A DNA stretch of 64,000 bases from a virus, in the IMG/VR virus record IMGVR_UViG_3300044843_000488, positions 1-64,000 of that record. The stretch is one strand, 5' to 3'. Positions within the stretch are counted from its first letter, which is position 1. Each line of letters starts with the position of its first letter. Under the pieces are notes generated by a model, which saw only the letters and a list, made by a program, of their open reading frames with translations, did no database searches and was not told where the DNA came from. Shown here one piece after another: positions 44,862-53,371 of this stretch. The position numbers and the translations under genes were made by a program.

Positions 44862-46094
44862 TCAAACGTGAGCAGTGAGGTCTGACTTCCAACCGTTCAG
44901 CAGACGCTCACGGTAGGAGGATTGGCTGTCCATCTTCTCGGCCGCGTGGACTTGGGCCAGGGCAGCACGAACTTCAGCCACATTGGAGCCATCTTCCTCA
45001 GGCTGGAAGTCGGCGTCCTCTTTGATCTCCTCCTCGTCACCTTCCATGTCTTCCATGGCGGCAAGTACACCGTCAAGGACACCCAGAAGGTAGTCGTTGG
45101 AAGCGTCTTCGCGGGGGGCTTTCTCAAAGACGTTCTCGTATGCAAGCGCCATGATCTGGTGCTCGTTCTCGCCGTCAAACTTGTAGTTCTCAGGGAGAAT
45201 TGGGGAGAATTTGTCGAGGCAAGCCAGACGTGCATTAACAGCCTGGTTGATTTGATCAGCATCGCTGCGCTCTGAGGCGGCGTCAGCAACTTGCTTTTCC
45301 AATTCTTCAATCCGCTCAAGGGCGGCGTCAAGACGACCAAGAACTTCTTCGTTCTCGGTCACAACAGCTTGGATCTGTTCTTCCTGCGAATCAAGCTTTT
45401 TAATAAGCTCGGCCTTGGCACGATCACTCTCCTTCACGAAGGATTGGACCACACCGGCAGTATCTGCTGGAAGTTCAAGATCCAGGCCGTCGAGGGTGAT
45501 TCGTGCCATGGAAGTTACGGGCGAATTCGACGGGTTTTCGTCCCATGCCACCGCATCGTTGCGGTCACATGAGTCGAGGATCAGACGGACATCACGACCG
45601 GCACGACCACGTGGGACAATCGCGATGTGATTAACGCGAATGTTCCGTTGGATGCCGTCGTAACTCTCGCCTGCGGGTGTGACGCCAGGGGTGGGGTCAT
45701 AGTCGACGCGGTAGCCGGCACTGACCTCTTGTGCGTCACCCCGCTGGATACGTTCAATCGCTGCTTTGTCCGTGACGACAAGCGCGACTTCTACGAAGCC
45801 ATCGGAGAATCGAACTTGCGAGCCAGCATGTCCGATCTGATGAACCTTTGTATTTTCAGCATCCAACAGAACCGGGGGATGACCCATGGTTACTGCTTTC
45901 ATGCCGAAAGAGGCTAGAGACTCAGGTTTCGCTACTTCTTCTTCAGGGCGATATTCACGCACTTGCGTTCCATCACCCCTGGTATAAAGCTGCGTCCCTA
46001 CTCGGGCCGCCTTACACCACACTTTCAAGTAACCTTCGTCCGTTGTTTCGGACTTGGTTACCTGACCGTAATCGTAGCGACTTACAGTCTCCAT
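44862..46094 (-). CDS. DUF2213 prohead protease/scaffold
   Basis: TDEGYL, ARVG, EYRPEEEV, TMGHP, EVSAGY and NHIAIVPRGRAG; acidic coiled-coil C-terminus. Confidence 0.9.
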   Translation of the reverse strand: METVSRYDYGQVTKSETTDEGYLKVWCKAARVGTQLYTRGDGTQVREYRPEEEVAKPESLASFGMKAVTMGHPPVLLDAENTKVHQIGHAGSQVRFSDGFVEVALVVTDKAAIERIQRGDAQEVSAGYRVDYDPTPGVTPAGESYDGIQRNIRVNHIAIVPRGRAGRDVRLILDSCDRNDAVAWDENPSNSPVTSMARITLDGLDLELPADTAGVVQSFVKESDRAKAELIKKLDSQEEQIQAVVTENEEVLGRLDAALERIEELEKQVADAASERSDADQINQAVNARLACLDKFSPILPENYKFDGENEHQIMALAYENVFEKAPREDASNDYLLGVLDGVLAAMEDMEGDEEEIKEDADFQPEEDGSNVAEVRAALAQVHAAEKMDSQSSYRERLLNGWKSDLTAHV

Positions 46095-46103
46095 ATCCTG
46101 ATA

Positions 46104-46568
46104 CTAACTAAATTTAGCGCTATAAGTATCAGAACTTCTGATGCACCCTTTGTTTATGAGGTAAGGGGACCAGTTAAAGCTGTCAAAACGTCTTCTGTGA
46201 TTCTTTTCGGGTGGGTGCCAGCGTAAGGATGTGACACCTTTCGTTGCCGAAAGCGGTACCATCCAGATTCTCTCGTATTCGAGGCTAACGACTCCGAGAT
46301 AGTCGATTTCTTCGCTGGTGTAGGCACGGTTTCCTTTGGACCCGTTGCTTGTCTTCGTGTCTGCCTGGTAGTACTTCCCGGAGGGAACCCAGTGCAGCGT
46401 TTTCACGTTGACGCGCTGGAGGCCACCGTTCCATTCGACTACGTAGTCGACACGGTGGAGGTCGTGCTTAGGAGCGGCGATGAACACACCTTGTTCAAGG
46501 AAATAGCCCTCAAACATGTGCTCGCCCTTCGCGCCCCGGTGGGCTGAGTGCGTGCTGATACAGGTCAC
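46104..46568 (-). mobile_element. Free-standing PD-(D/E)XK homing-type endonuclease
   Basis: G..GE, DYVVE, RVNVKT and Y...EIDY of the group-I-intron-associated PD-(D/E)XK family. Confidence 0.75.
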
Positions 46569-46604
46569 GTACTGTCATCAGTTACGCCTATTTAGCAGAT
46601 CAAA

Positions 46605-46688
46605 TCAGTTGGCTACTTGCGTTAACCATACTGTTGCTATCAGCATCCCACCTAGCCAGGTCAAGCCAAATATGACAACTGGGGGCAT
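46605..46688 (-). CDS. Possible 27-aa transmembrane peptide
   Basis: MPPVVIFGLTWLGGMLIATVWLTQVAN; TAATG-coupled to the upstream stop. Confidence 0.35.
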   Translation of the reverse strand: MPPVVIFGLTWLGGMLIATVWLTQVAN

Positions 46689-47302
46689 TAGGGTCTCGAC
46701 TTCTTGTAGCCATCCATAATCGTGGATAAGCGTTCGCGTACTTTCTTGGTCTCTGACCCTGCATCTTTGTAAAAACTGCCGAGATCTCTGCGGCGTCTAT
46801 AGCCAGGTTCATATTTGCGTCGCATTTTCTCCACAGTCAGGTTGTGGGTTCGCATGCCGCTCGTCAGTGAAGCCCGAGTTGCCTTCCCTGCCTTGTACAT
46901 GGCCTCGCCTACTGCCATGGCACGGTTCACCTCTGCAGTGGCAGCGCGCTTCATGGCACCTTCAGCTGCAACGTTGGCTGACCTGGCAGTCTCGCGAAGG
47001 CGCTCAGTCTTCGAGGGTGGACGCATGTTGTTCAGCGCCTCCCCCGAGAAATTCATTTTTTTCTTGTTTGTAGCAATCTTCTCGACCGCGTTCACCAGGG
47101 CCTTGTTCCCAGCACGGCGCGCAGCTCCTGGAGCAGACAGGATCGCTTTTCTGGAGTTTCTGTTCAGCAGAGCACCAGTTACAGCGACACCACCGGCTGC
47201 TACTGCAGCCTTGGCCACCGTGCTGCCGATGGATCCCTTGTTGCAGCGCCTGTTATCGGGTATCCCGGAGGCGCCGCACTTTTTGTCGAGCCGGCGTTTC
47301 AT
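46688..47302 (-). CDS. Basic head-region protein with a DKKCG..C.KG motif
   Basis: Very Arg/Lys-rich; shares the Cys motif with its neighbours. Confidence 0.7.
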   Translation of the reverse strand: MKRRLDKKCGASGIPDNRRCNKGSIGSTVAKAAVAAGGVAVTGALLNRNSRKAILSAPGAARRAGNKALVNAVEKIATNKKKMNFSGEALNNMRPPSKTERLRETARSANVAAEGAMKRAATAEVNRAMAVGEAMYKAGKATRASLTSGMRTHNLTVEKMRRKYEPGYRRRRDLGSFYKDAGSETKKVRERLSTIMDGYKKSRP

Positions 47303-47307
47303 CTCCT

Positions 47308-48216
47308 TCAGGCGTTGCGGGGCATACGGCGAATCCCGGATGCGCGCTCGCGGGCACGCCAGTAGAGATCCTTCAGGGGAGGAACACTACCGTTATTGGC
47401 ACGCTTGTACCCTTTCGCAGCTTCGCCGCCGACATAACCAGCCAGACCAGCGGCATTACCGAGGGTCTGACGCTTAAAGCCTCGTCCAATGTTGCCGGAG
47501 GCGAAGGCGTTAGCGCCTGTGAGATTGCCAGCCGCCATAGCGCCCTGGCTCACGGCTTTGCCGTACTGACCCTTAGACAGTGCCTCACCTGCTTGGACAG
47601 CGTTACTGATCCCGGAGGCAGCTGCCATCGTGGCGAGGTAGGTGCTGAGAGCACGCTTGCCTGCGCCCATTTTCTTCCCTTTATTGGGCTTGTTGATTTC
47701 CGCAGCTTTTGCCTGGGCCTGAGCCTTCACATCCGAGTCTTTGCCCTTTGGTGCAGCTCCGGTCCCCTTATTGCATTTTTTATTGTCTGCGATACCAGAG
47801 GCGCCGCACTTTTTGTCATCTCGGTCGTCGTCTGGCTCCTCTTCGCCCTTGGAGATCTTTTCAACGCCCATGCTGTCCAGGACAGCGTTGAAGTCAGCGG
47901 CCACGCTGTCCTTCATGTAGCCGCAACCGTCGGCGTAGGGAGACTTCTTCATGCCGCCGTCCTTCTTGCCGCAGGAGCACTTGCCCTTAGTGCCGTCGGT
48001 GCAGTCACAGCCTTTCTTCATACCCATGTCCTTTTTCTCCTCTGGTTTGGCAGTTTTGGCGGCTTGTTTGAAATCAGAAGCGCTGGGAGCCCCTTTCTGA
48101 CCCGGCTTCTTCATCTTTTCACCGGAACCAGCGGCGATGCGTTCGCGCTTTTTGCGGATGTTTTCGTAGAGACCGGGCTTGTTGCCATCGGCTTTGCCTA
48201 TGCGTGTCTCTTTCAT
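47308..48216 (-). CDS. Basic modular head-region protein
   Basis: KPGLYENIRKKR module, CDC/CSC module and DKKCG motif. Confidence 0.7.
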   Translation of the reverse strand: MKETRIGKADGNKPGLYENIRKKRERIAAGSGEKMKKPGQKGAPSASDFKQAAKTAKPEEKKDMGMKKGCDCTDGTKGKCSCGKKDGGMKKSPYADGCGYMKDSVAADFNAVLDSMGVEKISKGEEEPDDDRDDKKCGASGIADNKKCNKGTGAAPKGKDSDVKAQAQAKAAEINKPNKGKKMGAGKRALSTYLATMAAASGISNAVQAGEALSKGQYGKAVSQGAMAAGNLTGANAFASGNIGRGFKRQTLGNAAGLAGYVGGEAAKGYKRANNGSVPPLKDLYWRARERASGIRRMPRNA

Positions 48217-49073
48217 GTTTCCCTCGTCGGGATAGGAGCTAATTCTTCGAAAACGGATGGACCGTAACTTAAGTCCACACCTTTATTCCTAGCGTAACGC
48301 AGTACTTCTTGGCGATGCTTCTTTCGGAGGTTGTCGTATTCAGGATCGACCTCCCAGACATTGTCGCTATAGGGCGCTAAATAGCATCTGCAGCGGGGAT
48401 GCCTGGGTACAGCAATTGCCCCTCGCTTAAAGATGTTCCCGGCGTGGGCAGTGCAGTAGGGGCAGGAGCGGTCGTCAGTTGTGGCGTAGTACATCACAAG
48501 GTCGATCCCGTTTTGGGTGTAGTACGCATTAGCCGCTTCGTTGTGGGCGCGCAGAGACTCTGTTCTTACAATGACTTCAGCTCTCGACTTGGTAACTTTC
48601 AGACGGCGCTGCAGATCTTTTGTCATTTCTTCAGTAGGGCGCCCTTCTGCTACACCTTGCGATAACACCTCTGCGGCGGCGGTAGAAAATGTTGCTCCAT
48701 GTCTCTCTAAGTATCCTCGCGCTGTCCTTGCTGCTGCTACAACTGCTTCTACTGGGACGGTTACGCCAACTTGAGAATCTTTTACAGACTTCGATAGCTG
48801 TCCAGCTAGATCTAGGCCAAAAGATGTTGACCGAGATAACAGGCGTTGAAACGCAGATAAGTATTCGTCAGCCTGGTCAGGCCGTAGTGGAGGAATCAGC
48901 TCCAAAGCCCGAGCGTTTCTCTCTGCAGTCTGAAATCGACCGCTACGTAACTGACCGTATGTACGGCGAAGAAGACGATTGAATGCTCGGTCCAGTGATC
49001 CGTTGACAATATCAATTATCTTTTGCTCTTCGTTCTTGAGAGCTGTGTTGTAAGCTTCGATCAGGTCTTCCAC
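48213..49073 (-). CDS. Head morphogenesis protein (SPP1 gp7 / MuF)
   Basis: RAEVIVRTE, DDRSCPYC and PRHPRCRC. Confidence 0.9.
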   Translation of the reverse strand: MEDLIEAYNTALKNEEQKIIDIVNGSLDRAFNRLLRRTYGQLRSGRFQTAERNARALELIPPLRPDQADEYLSAFQRLLSRSTSFGLDLAGQLSKSVKDSQVGVTVPVEAVVAAARTARGYLERHGATFSTAAAEVLSQGVAEGRPTEEMTKDLQRRLKVTKSRAEVIVRTESLRAHNEAANAYYTQNGIDLVMYYATTDDRSCPYCTAHAGNIFKRGAIAVPRHPRCRCYLAPYSDNVWEVDPEYDNLRKKHRQEVLRYARNKGVDLSYGPSVFEELAPIPTRET

Positions 49074-49076
49074 AGC

Positions 49077-50618
49077 TCACCATTTGGCTTGATTTGCCCA
49101 GTAGGCTGCGCTCATCTTGCCCTTTGCAATGTTCGACGCATGGCGTGCTTTCCAGGCGCGGCGTCGAGATGCATATGCCTTTGACTCACCTTGTTTCGGT
49201 GGGCTCCCTTCGACACCTTGCTGGCCAAAGCGGATCAGCTTCACATCACCACCTTCACGGGCCAGTACGGCGTGCGATTTGGTCGGGTGGTTGGGGGTGC
49301 GCTTCGGCTTGTTGTAGTCGGAGAATGTTTCGCCGTGATGCTCCACCGCATCCCCAGTACGGCGCCTAGGCTGAGCTCCGTATTTACCTTGACCTTTTTC
49401 GCGCATCCGGCGGAGAGCTTCTACCTCCTTGACGGTCATTCGCCGGCCTTTTGACGCCACCCAGGGACCCTTAGGTACCAGGGTGGCCTGCGTCTTTCCC
49501 AGGCTGGCTTTGCTCGCGTGACGGAGCGCAACGGCGCCGCCGGCTACCAGGGCAGCGGTTGCAGCCGCTTTGGCGACCTGGCGTCCTTCGCCAGATCCCT
49601 TGTGGCACTTCTTCGACTCCTCGATTGCTGAGGAGCCGCACTTCTTGTCTGCACGCTGCTCCTCGGCATCGAGCCCGAAGCGCTCCTGCCAACTACGGCG
49701 ATCTGGCTTAGGCCCCCGGCGGCGTTGGGGCCGGAGGTTGCTGGTCTGGCGGCGCCCTGAGCGGAAGTCCTTTGCTCTCTGCTCGATGGTGCGAACTACC
49801 TTCTCAGCTGTGTTGTAGTTGCCTGTCAGGAGTCCCTCAATGTTTCGGGTCGCCTTGGTGATGCTGGCGATTCTGCGTGTGGTGACCGATCTGGCTGTCT
49901 CTTTCTCCTGAATCTGCCGAGTCAGGCGATTAAGTGTCGTGTCCAGGGAGCGAAGGCTCCGGCGTTGGGCAGTTGTTCCTCCCTGAGTCCCCATGCGGGT
50001 CATCAGGCTGGAGCGTTCACGCTCGTAAACCTCACGCTTGCTCTTGAGCTTGCCGATGCTTTCACCCATTCGGCGAGAAGCGATCTGCGTCTGTGCCAAC
50101 ACACCTTTTAGTTGCCTGAGTCGTGTTCGCCCTCTCTGGTTCTGGGCCAGGCTGGCTCCCATGTTTGCGCCAGCTTGAAAAGCGCCAACGCCCATGTTTA
50201 CGACACCTGCCGCAGCGCCTGTTGGGCCGGGAAGGTTGGATGCCATACCTGCAATGTTGGACATCACACCCATACGGTTCGCTACACGGCGAGTGGCTTG
50301 AGGATTCTTGCTGGCCAGGTAGCCAGCCCCCACAGCCGCCCCCGCCACGCCAGCAGCACCAGCCAGCACCCGGATAGTCTGATTTCTCCGGCGGCGGGTT
50401 CGTAGCCCCCTCAGTCTTTCTTTTTGAGCGCCACTCAGCTGGACCTCATTCCCCCGGGTTGGGGGTGTATCGCCTTCGCCCCGGATCCGGCAGTTCCAGT
50501 TTTTTGGGATGCAACGGCCCCCGCAGGGCTTTCCGTTTGCGGTGCACTTTCTCTGAGCGGCTACGTCACCACGCAGTGCTGCGAGGTAGAGATCTTTGGC
50601 TTCTTCTCTCTTCGTCAC
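49077..50618 (-). CDS. Large basic modular head-region protein
   Basis: KPCGGRCIP...C, DKKCG..C.KG, and C-terminal YNKPKRTPNHPTKSH..IRFGQQG..SAAYWA module. Confidence 0.72.
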   Translation of the reverse strand: MTKREEAKDLYLAALRGDVAAQRKCTANGKPCGGRCIPKNWNCRIRGEGDTPPTRGNEVQLSGAQKERLRGLRTRRRRNQTIRVLAGAAGVAGAAVGAGYLASKNPQATRRVANRMGVMSNIAGMASNLPGPTGAAAGVVNMGVGAFQAGANMGASLAQNQRGRTRLRQLKGVLAQTQIASRRMGESIGKLKSKREVYERERSSLMTRMGTQGGTTAQRRSLRSLDTTLNRLTRQIQEKETARSVTTRRIASITKATRNIEGLLTGNYNTAEKVVRTIEQRAKDFRSGRRQTSNLRPQRRRGPKPDRRSWQERFGLDAEEQRADKKCGSSAIEESKKCHKGSGEGRQVAKAAATAALVAGGAVALRHASKASLGKTQATLVPKGPWVASKGRRMTVKEVEALRRMREKGQGKYGAQPRRRTGDAVEHHGETFSDYNKPKRTPNHPTKSHAVLAREGGDVKLIRFGQQGVEGSPPKQGESKAYASRRRAWKARHASNIAKGKMSAAYWANQAKW

Positions 50619-52423
50619 GGGTAATCAAAGACAGATGTTTGCAGATGCTCGATATCGCTTTCCTTGATTTGCTGCACTCCAGTGTTCCTGCCAGGAGCGA
50701 AAGTTTGCAGGGCTTTAGAGGCGGAACGCGATGAGTAGAAGCCGAGCAGAAGCGGTCCTACTTCCATTGTGCCGTCTTCCCGCACAAAATGACCGCGATA
50801 AATCTTACGGTCGTTGAATCGATTTCCCACCAATACTACGTTTTCGGCGTCCTTCCTGTGGCCCAGGGTGTCCGTCAAAACACACATTCGATACACCCCA
50901 TTTGACGCATTGGCTTGGAGGGTCAAACCATGCATGTGGATGATCTCTTCAGAGTCGGTGTTGACCTGCTGCTCTTCCGCAGAGGTAGTCTGCTCGGTTT
51001 GCGGGGTGAGCTGTTGCTCCAGCGCTGCTTGTTGACCGACAAAGCCCTGAACCATGGACTCCTGCTCAAGTTCCCGCTTGAGCTGCAGGGCTTGCTCTTC
51101 TTCCTCCAGGAGTACCGTATCCATGCTGTACTCAGTGCCACCGAAACGGGATTGTCGGATCTCCATAGGTGTCAGCACGCCCATGTCGACGTAGAGCTTG
51201 TCTGTGTCGGCGACTTGCTTGCGTAATTCGGATTTGTCCTTATCAGACTCCGAGAAGTAGGGAGGGAAGTAGACGCTCCATTCCTCGGGTACTTGACCCC
51301 TGGTTGGTCCTTGCGGCATGGAGAGAACCAGCTGGAAGAACTGGTTCAAGGGCTTGCGGAGACTGTGGGTCTGGTAGCGCTCCACTGATTGCGCCCAGGA
51401 CTTGTCTTCGTACTTACCAGATTCGGACAATCCTCCAGCAGGTGACTGGCCGAACAGCAGGGTTTTGGGCATGTCCGCTGCTGCTACGAGGTCGTCGAGC
51501 AGCCGGTCAAACAGATCCTGTGCCCCAGAAAGGCTACGGGAAGCAAAACTTACTTCCTCCTCCGTGTCCAGAGCCATGCCGCCGTAGAGCGATCTGGCCA
51601 GCGCATTCGCCTCCATGCGAGCCCGCAACGCAGACTCTTTACCTGCGGTGACTTTGCTCGCTAAGCCCGGGATCTTGTGGACAAACAGGTCCATTTCGTT
51701 GAGCATCGTGGCCATACCGTCTGTTGCACCCCGGTACCGCTTCCACACCTCGTAGAAGGGTTGCAGGTACGACATACCCCAACCCTCATTGATCAGCCGT
51801 TGTCGCCAGGGGAGGAATAGTCCGTCGAAGCGCAGAACCCTTGAGCTGTGGACGAGCAGGTATTGAAGGTCGTTTTCTTGAAAGACGGCTTTGCTAGTTG
51901 AGATCCGGTAGAACTCGGGGTTCCTGTAGTTGAGGTAGTTGTAGTCGTTGGGCGTAATTTCTCGTCTGGAGAGGGGGACGAGGTCTGCAATGCCCCGTAT
52001 AAGCTCAGGCCGTACAGGCTGATCAGGAGCCAGCCCATCATCGAGCACCATAAAGAGTGCAGCCCCTCCGTACAAGCGTTGGAGCTTGAGCGCCTCTTCG
52101 CTGTAGTCAAAGAAATTGAGATCTTCTAGATAGTTCTCAAACGACTTTACTGTCCCTTCGTAGTCTTCTGTCTCTTCGCTGATCTTGATTGTCGGTTGCT
52201 CCGTTACAGCTGCTTCGGCATAAATATCGATTACCCGGCGGCACAGCGGGTCGTAGTACAGCGCCTCCAGTTCCTGCTCAGCCAGCAGCCTTGGGGTACG
52301 GACGGCGTAATACTCGCTCTTATCTTTGGTAGTGCCCAGGCCGGTGATGGCATTGATCAATACGCCGTCGTTCCGGACCTCGGAATCAAGCCTAATATCA
52401 GGAGTTTCAGAAGTTTCCGACAA
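50615..52423 (-). CDS. Portal protein (DUF1073 family)
   Basis: N.ITGLG..DK, RLYGGA, HSSRVLRF, GWGMS and P.T.LFG.SP.G. Confidence 0.9.
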   Translation of the reverse strand: MSETSETPDIRLDSEVRNDGVLINAITGLGTTKDKSEYYAVRTPRLLAEQELEALYYDPLCRRVIDIYAEAAVTEQPTIKISEETEDYEGTVKSFENYLEDLNFFDYSEEALKLQRLYGGAALFMVLDDGLAPDQPVRPELIRGIADLVPLSRREITPNDYNYLNYRNPEFYRISTSKAVFQENDLQYLLVHSSRVLRFDGLFLPWRQRLINEGWGMSYLQPFYEVWKRYRGATDGMATMLNEMDLFVHKIPGLASKVTAGKESALRARMEANALARSLYGGMALDTEEEVSFASRSLSGAQDLFDRLLDDLVAAADMPKTLLFGQSPAGGLSESGKYEDKSWAQSVERYQTHSLRKPLNQFFQLVLSMPQGPTRGQVPEEWSVYFPPYFSESDKDKSELRKQVADTDKLYVDMGVLTPMEIRQSRFGGTEYSMDTVLLEEEEQALQLKRELEQESMVQGFVGQQAALEQQLTPQTEQTTSAEEQQVNTDSEEIIHMHGLTLQANASNGVYRMCVLTDTLGHRKDAENVVLVGNRFNDRKIYRGHFVREDGTMEVGPLLLGFYSSRSASKALQTFAPGRNTGVQQIKESDIEHLQTSVFDYP

Positions 52424-52458
52424 AGTTTCAGCGCAAACTCTTTAACTCCAGCGTAACG

Positions 52459-52689
52459 TCAACCGTTTTCCTGTGCGTCGGTTTTTCCGTACATATAGCC
52501 TGTCACGTAAGCCAAATGGATCCACTTGTACATCAAGTCCTCTCTTGTCTTCAAATCCTCTACGGCGCAGTCACCGTAGAAGTATTCAGACATGAAGGTA
52601 AAAGGTCCGCTGAAACTCTGAAACCACTCCTGGAATGAGATTTGAGAGGCGTCATCCCAGTCCCATTGCTGAGTCGGGATCTTGCTCAC
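52459..52689 (-). CDS. Hypothetical protein
   Basis: Small ORF between TerL and portal. Confidence 0.6.
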   Translation of the reverse strand: MSKIPTQQWDWDDASQISFQEWFQSFSGPFTFMSEYFYGDCAVEDLKTREDLMYKWIHLAYVTGYMYGKTDAQENG

Positions 52690-52907
52690 TGTGTTGCTTC
52701 CATCATGAGAACATCCGATGCTTGCCAGAAACCTTCTTCCGCTAGCCAGTTAGCCACGCACTCCAGTACCAGGCGTGCATCGTCTTCGTAGTCAACTCTG
52801 TCATTCCAATCAGCAATGATGTCGGCAATCTGAGTGATGAGAGCCGGGGGATGAATTTCCGTCATTTGTTCTGACCGTATGAGATCTTCAGCATTTTCTG
52901 TATTCAA
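52686..52907 (-). CDS. Hypothetical protein
   Basis: Small acidic ORF; start uncertain. Confidence 0.55.
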   Translation of the reverse strand: MNTENAEDLIRSEQMTEIHPPALITQIADIIADWNDRVDYEDDARLVLECVANWLAEEGFWQASDVLMMEATQ

Positions 52908-52913
52908 TCGTGG

Positions 52914-53126
52914 CTAGGTCGGTGTCAGTCCTTCAGGTAACGCCAGAGTGGTCATGATCGATTCCCATTCGGAGTCGGATACCATCTGGTCGTCAGCTGC
53001 AGCTCCCCACTCATCGAGTTTCTGGAGCCACTGCTGAATTCGTGAGTGATCCATCGTGATGTTCCTGTAGACATAGAGACGGCTCAGGAACTTCCGATAG
53101 GTGTCCGCCCTCTGCTTGTCGTTCAT
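52914..53126 (-). CDS. Hypothetical protein
   Basis: ATGA-coupled to the upstream gene. Confidence 0.6.
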   Translation of the reverse strand: MNDKQRADTYRKFLSRLYVYRNITMDHSRIQQWLQKLDEWGAAADDQMVSDSEWESIMTTLALPEGLTPT

Positions 53127-53371
53127 TGCTCACCCATTTCCGGGGTGCTTTCACCCTCGGCTGGGGTGGTTTTGAAAAGCTTGTCGTGAGCTGCTCGAAA
53201 CCATAGGGCCTGCTGCATGAAGCGGTCCTCCTCTTCCACGAGCACGGCCTTGAGGTCCGTTAGGAACGTCACTATGTTCCCCTCGTCGAGGTACTCCGCT
53301 ACGGCGCCTCGCAACAGCCGCTTGTGATGGCTGTCGTCCTCTGTATTGAAAGCGGGGGTCGAAAATGGCAC
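53123..53371 (-). CDS. Hypothetical protein
   Basis: Coupled to the TerL stop. Confidence 0.6.
   Translation of the reverse strand: MPFSTPAFNTEDDSHHKRLLRGAVAEYLDEGNIVTFLTDLKAVLVEEEDRFMQQALWFRAAHDKLFKTTPAEGESTPEMGEQ

Noticed and set aside
46095-46690. Group I intron around the PD-(D/E)XK endonuclease
   Set aside because: The flanking genes appear complete and there is too little non-coding sequence for a ribozyme core.
50615-52423. Anti-CBASS Acb1 function for the DUF1073 protein
   Set aside because: Position and motifs fit a portal protein, and I saw no paired HxT 2H-phosphoesterase motifs.
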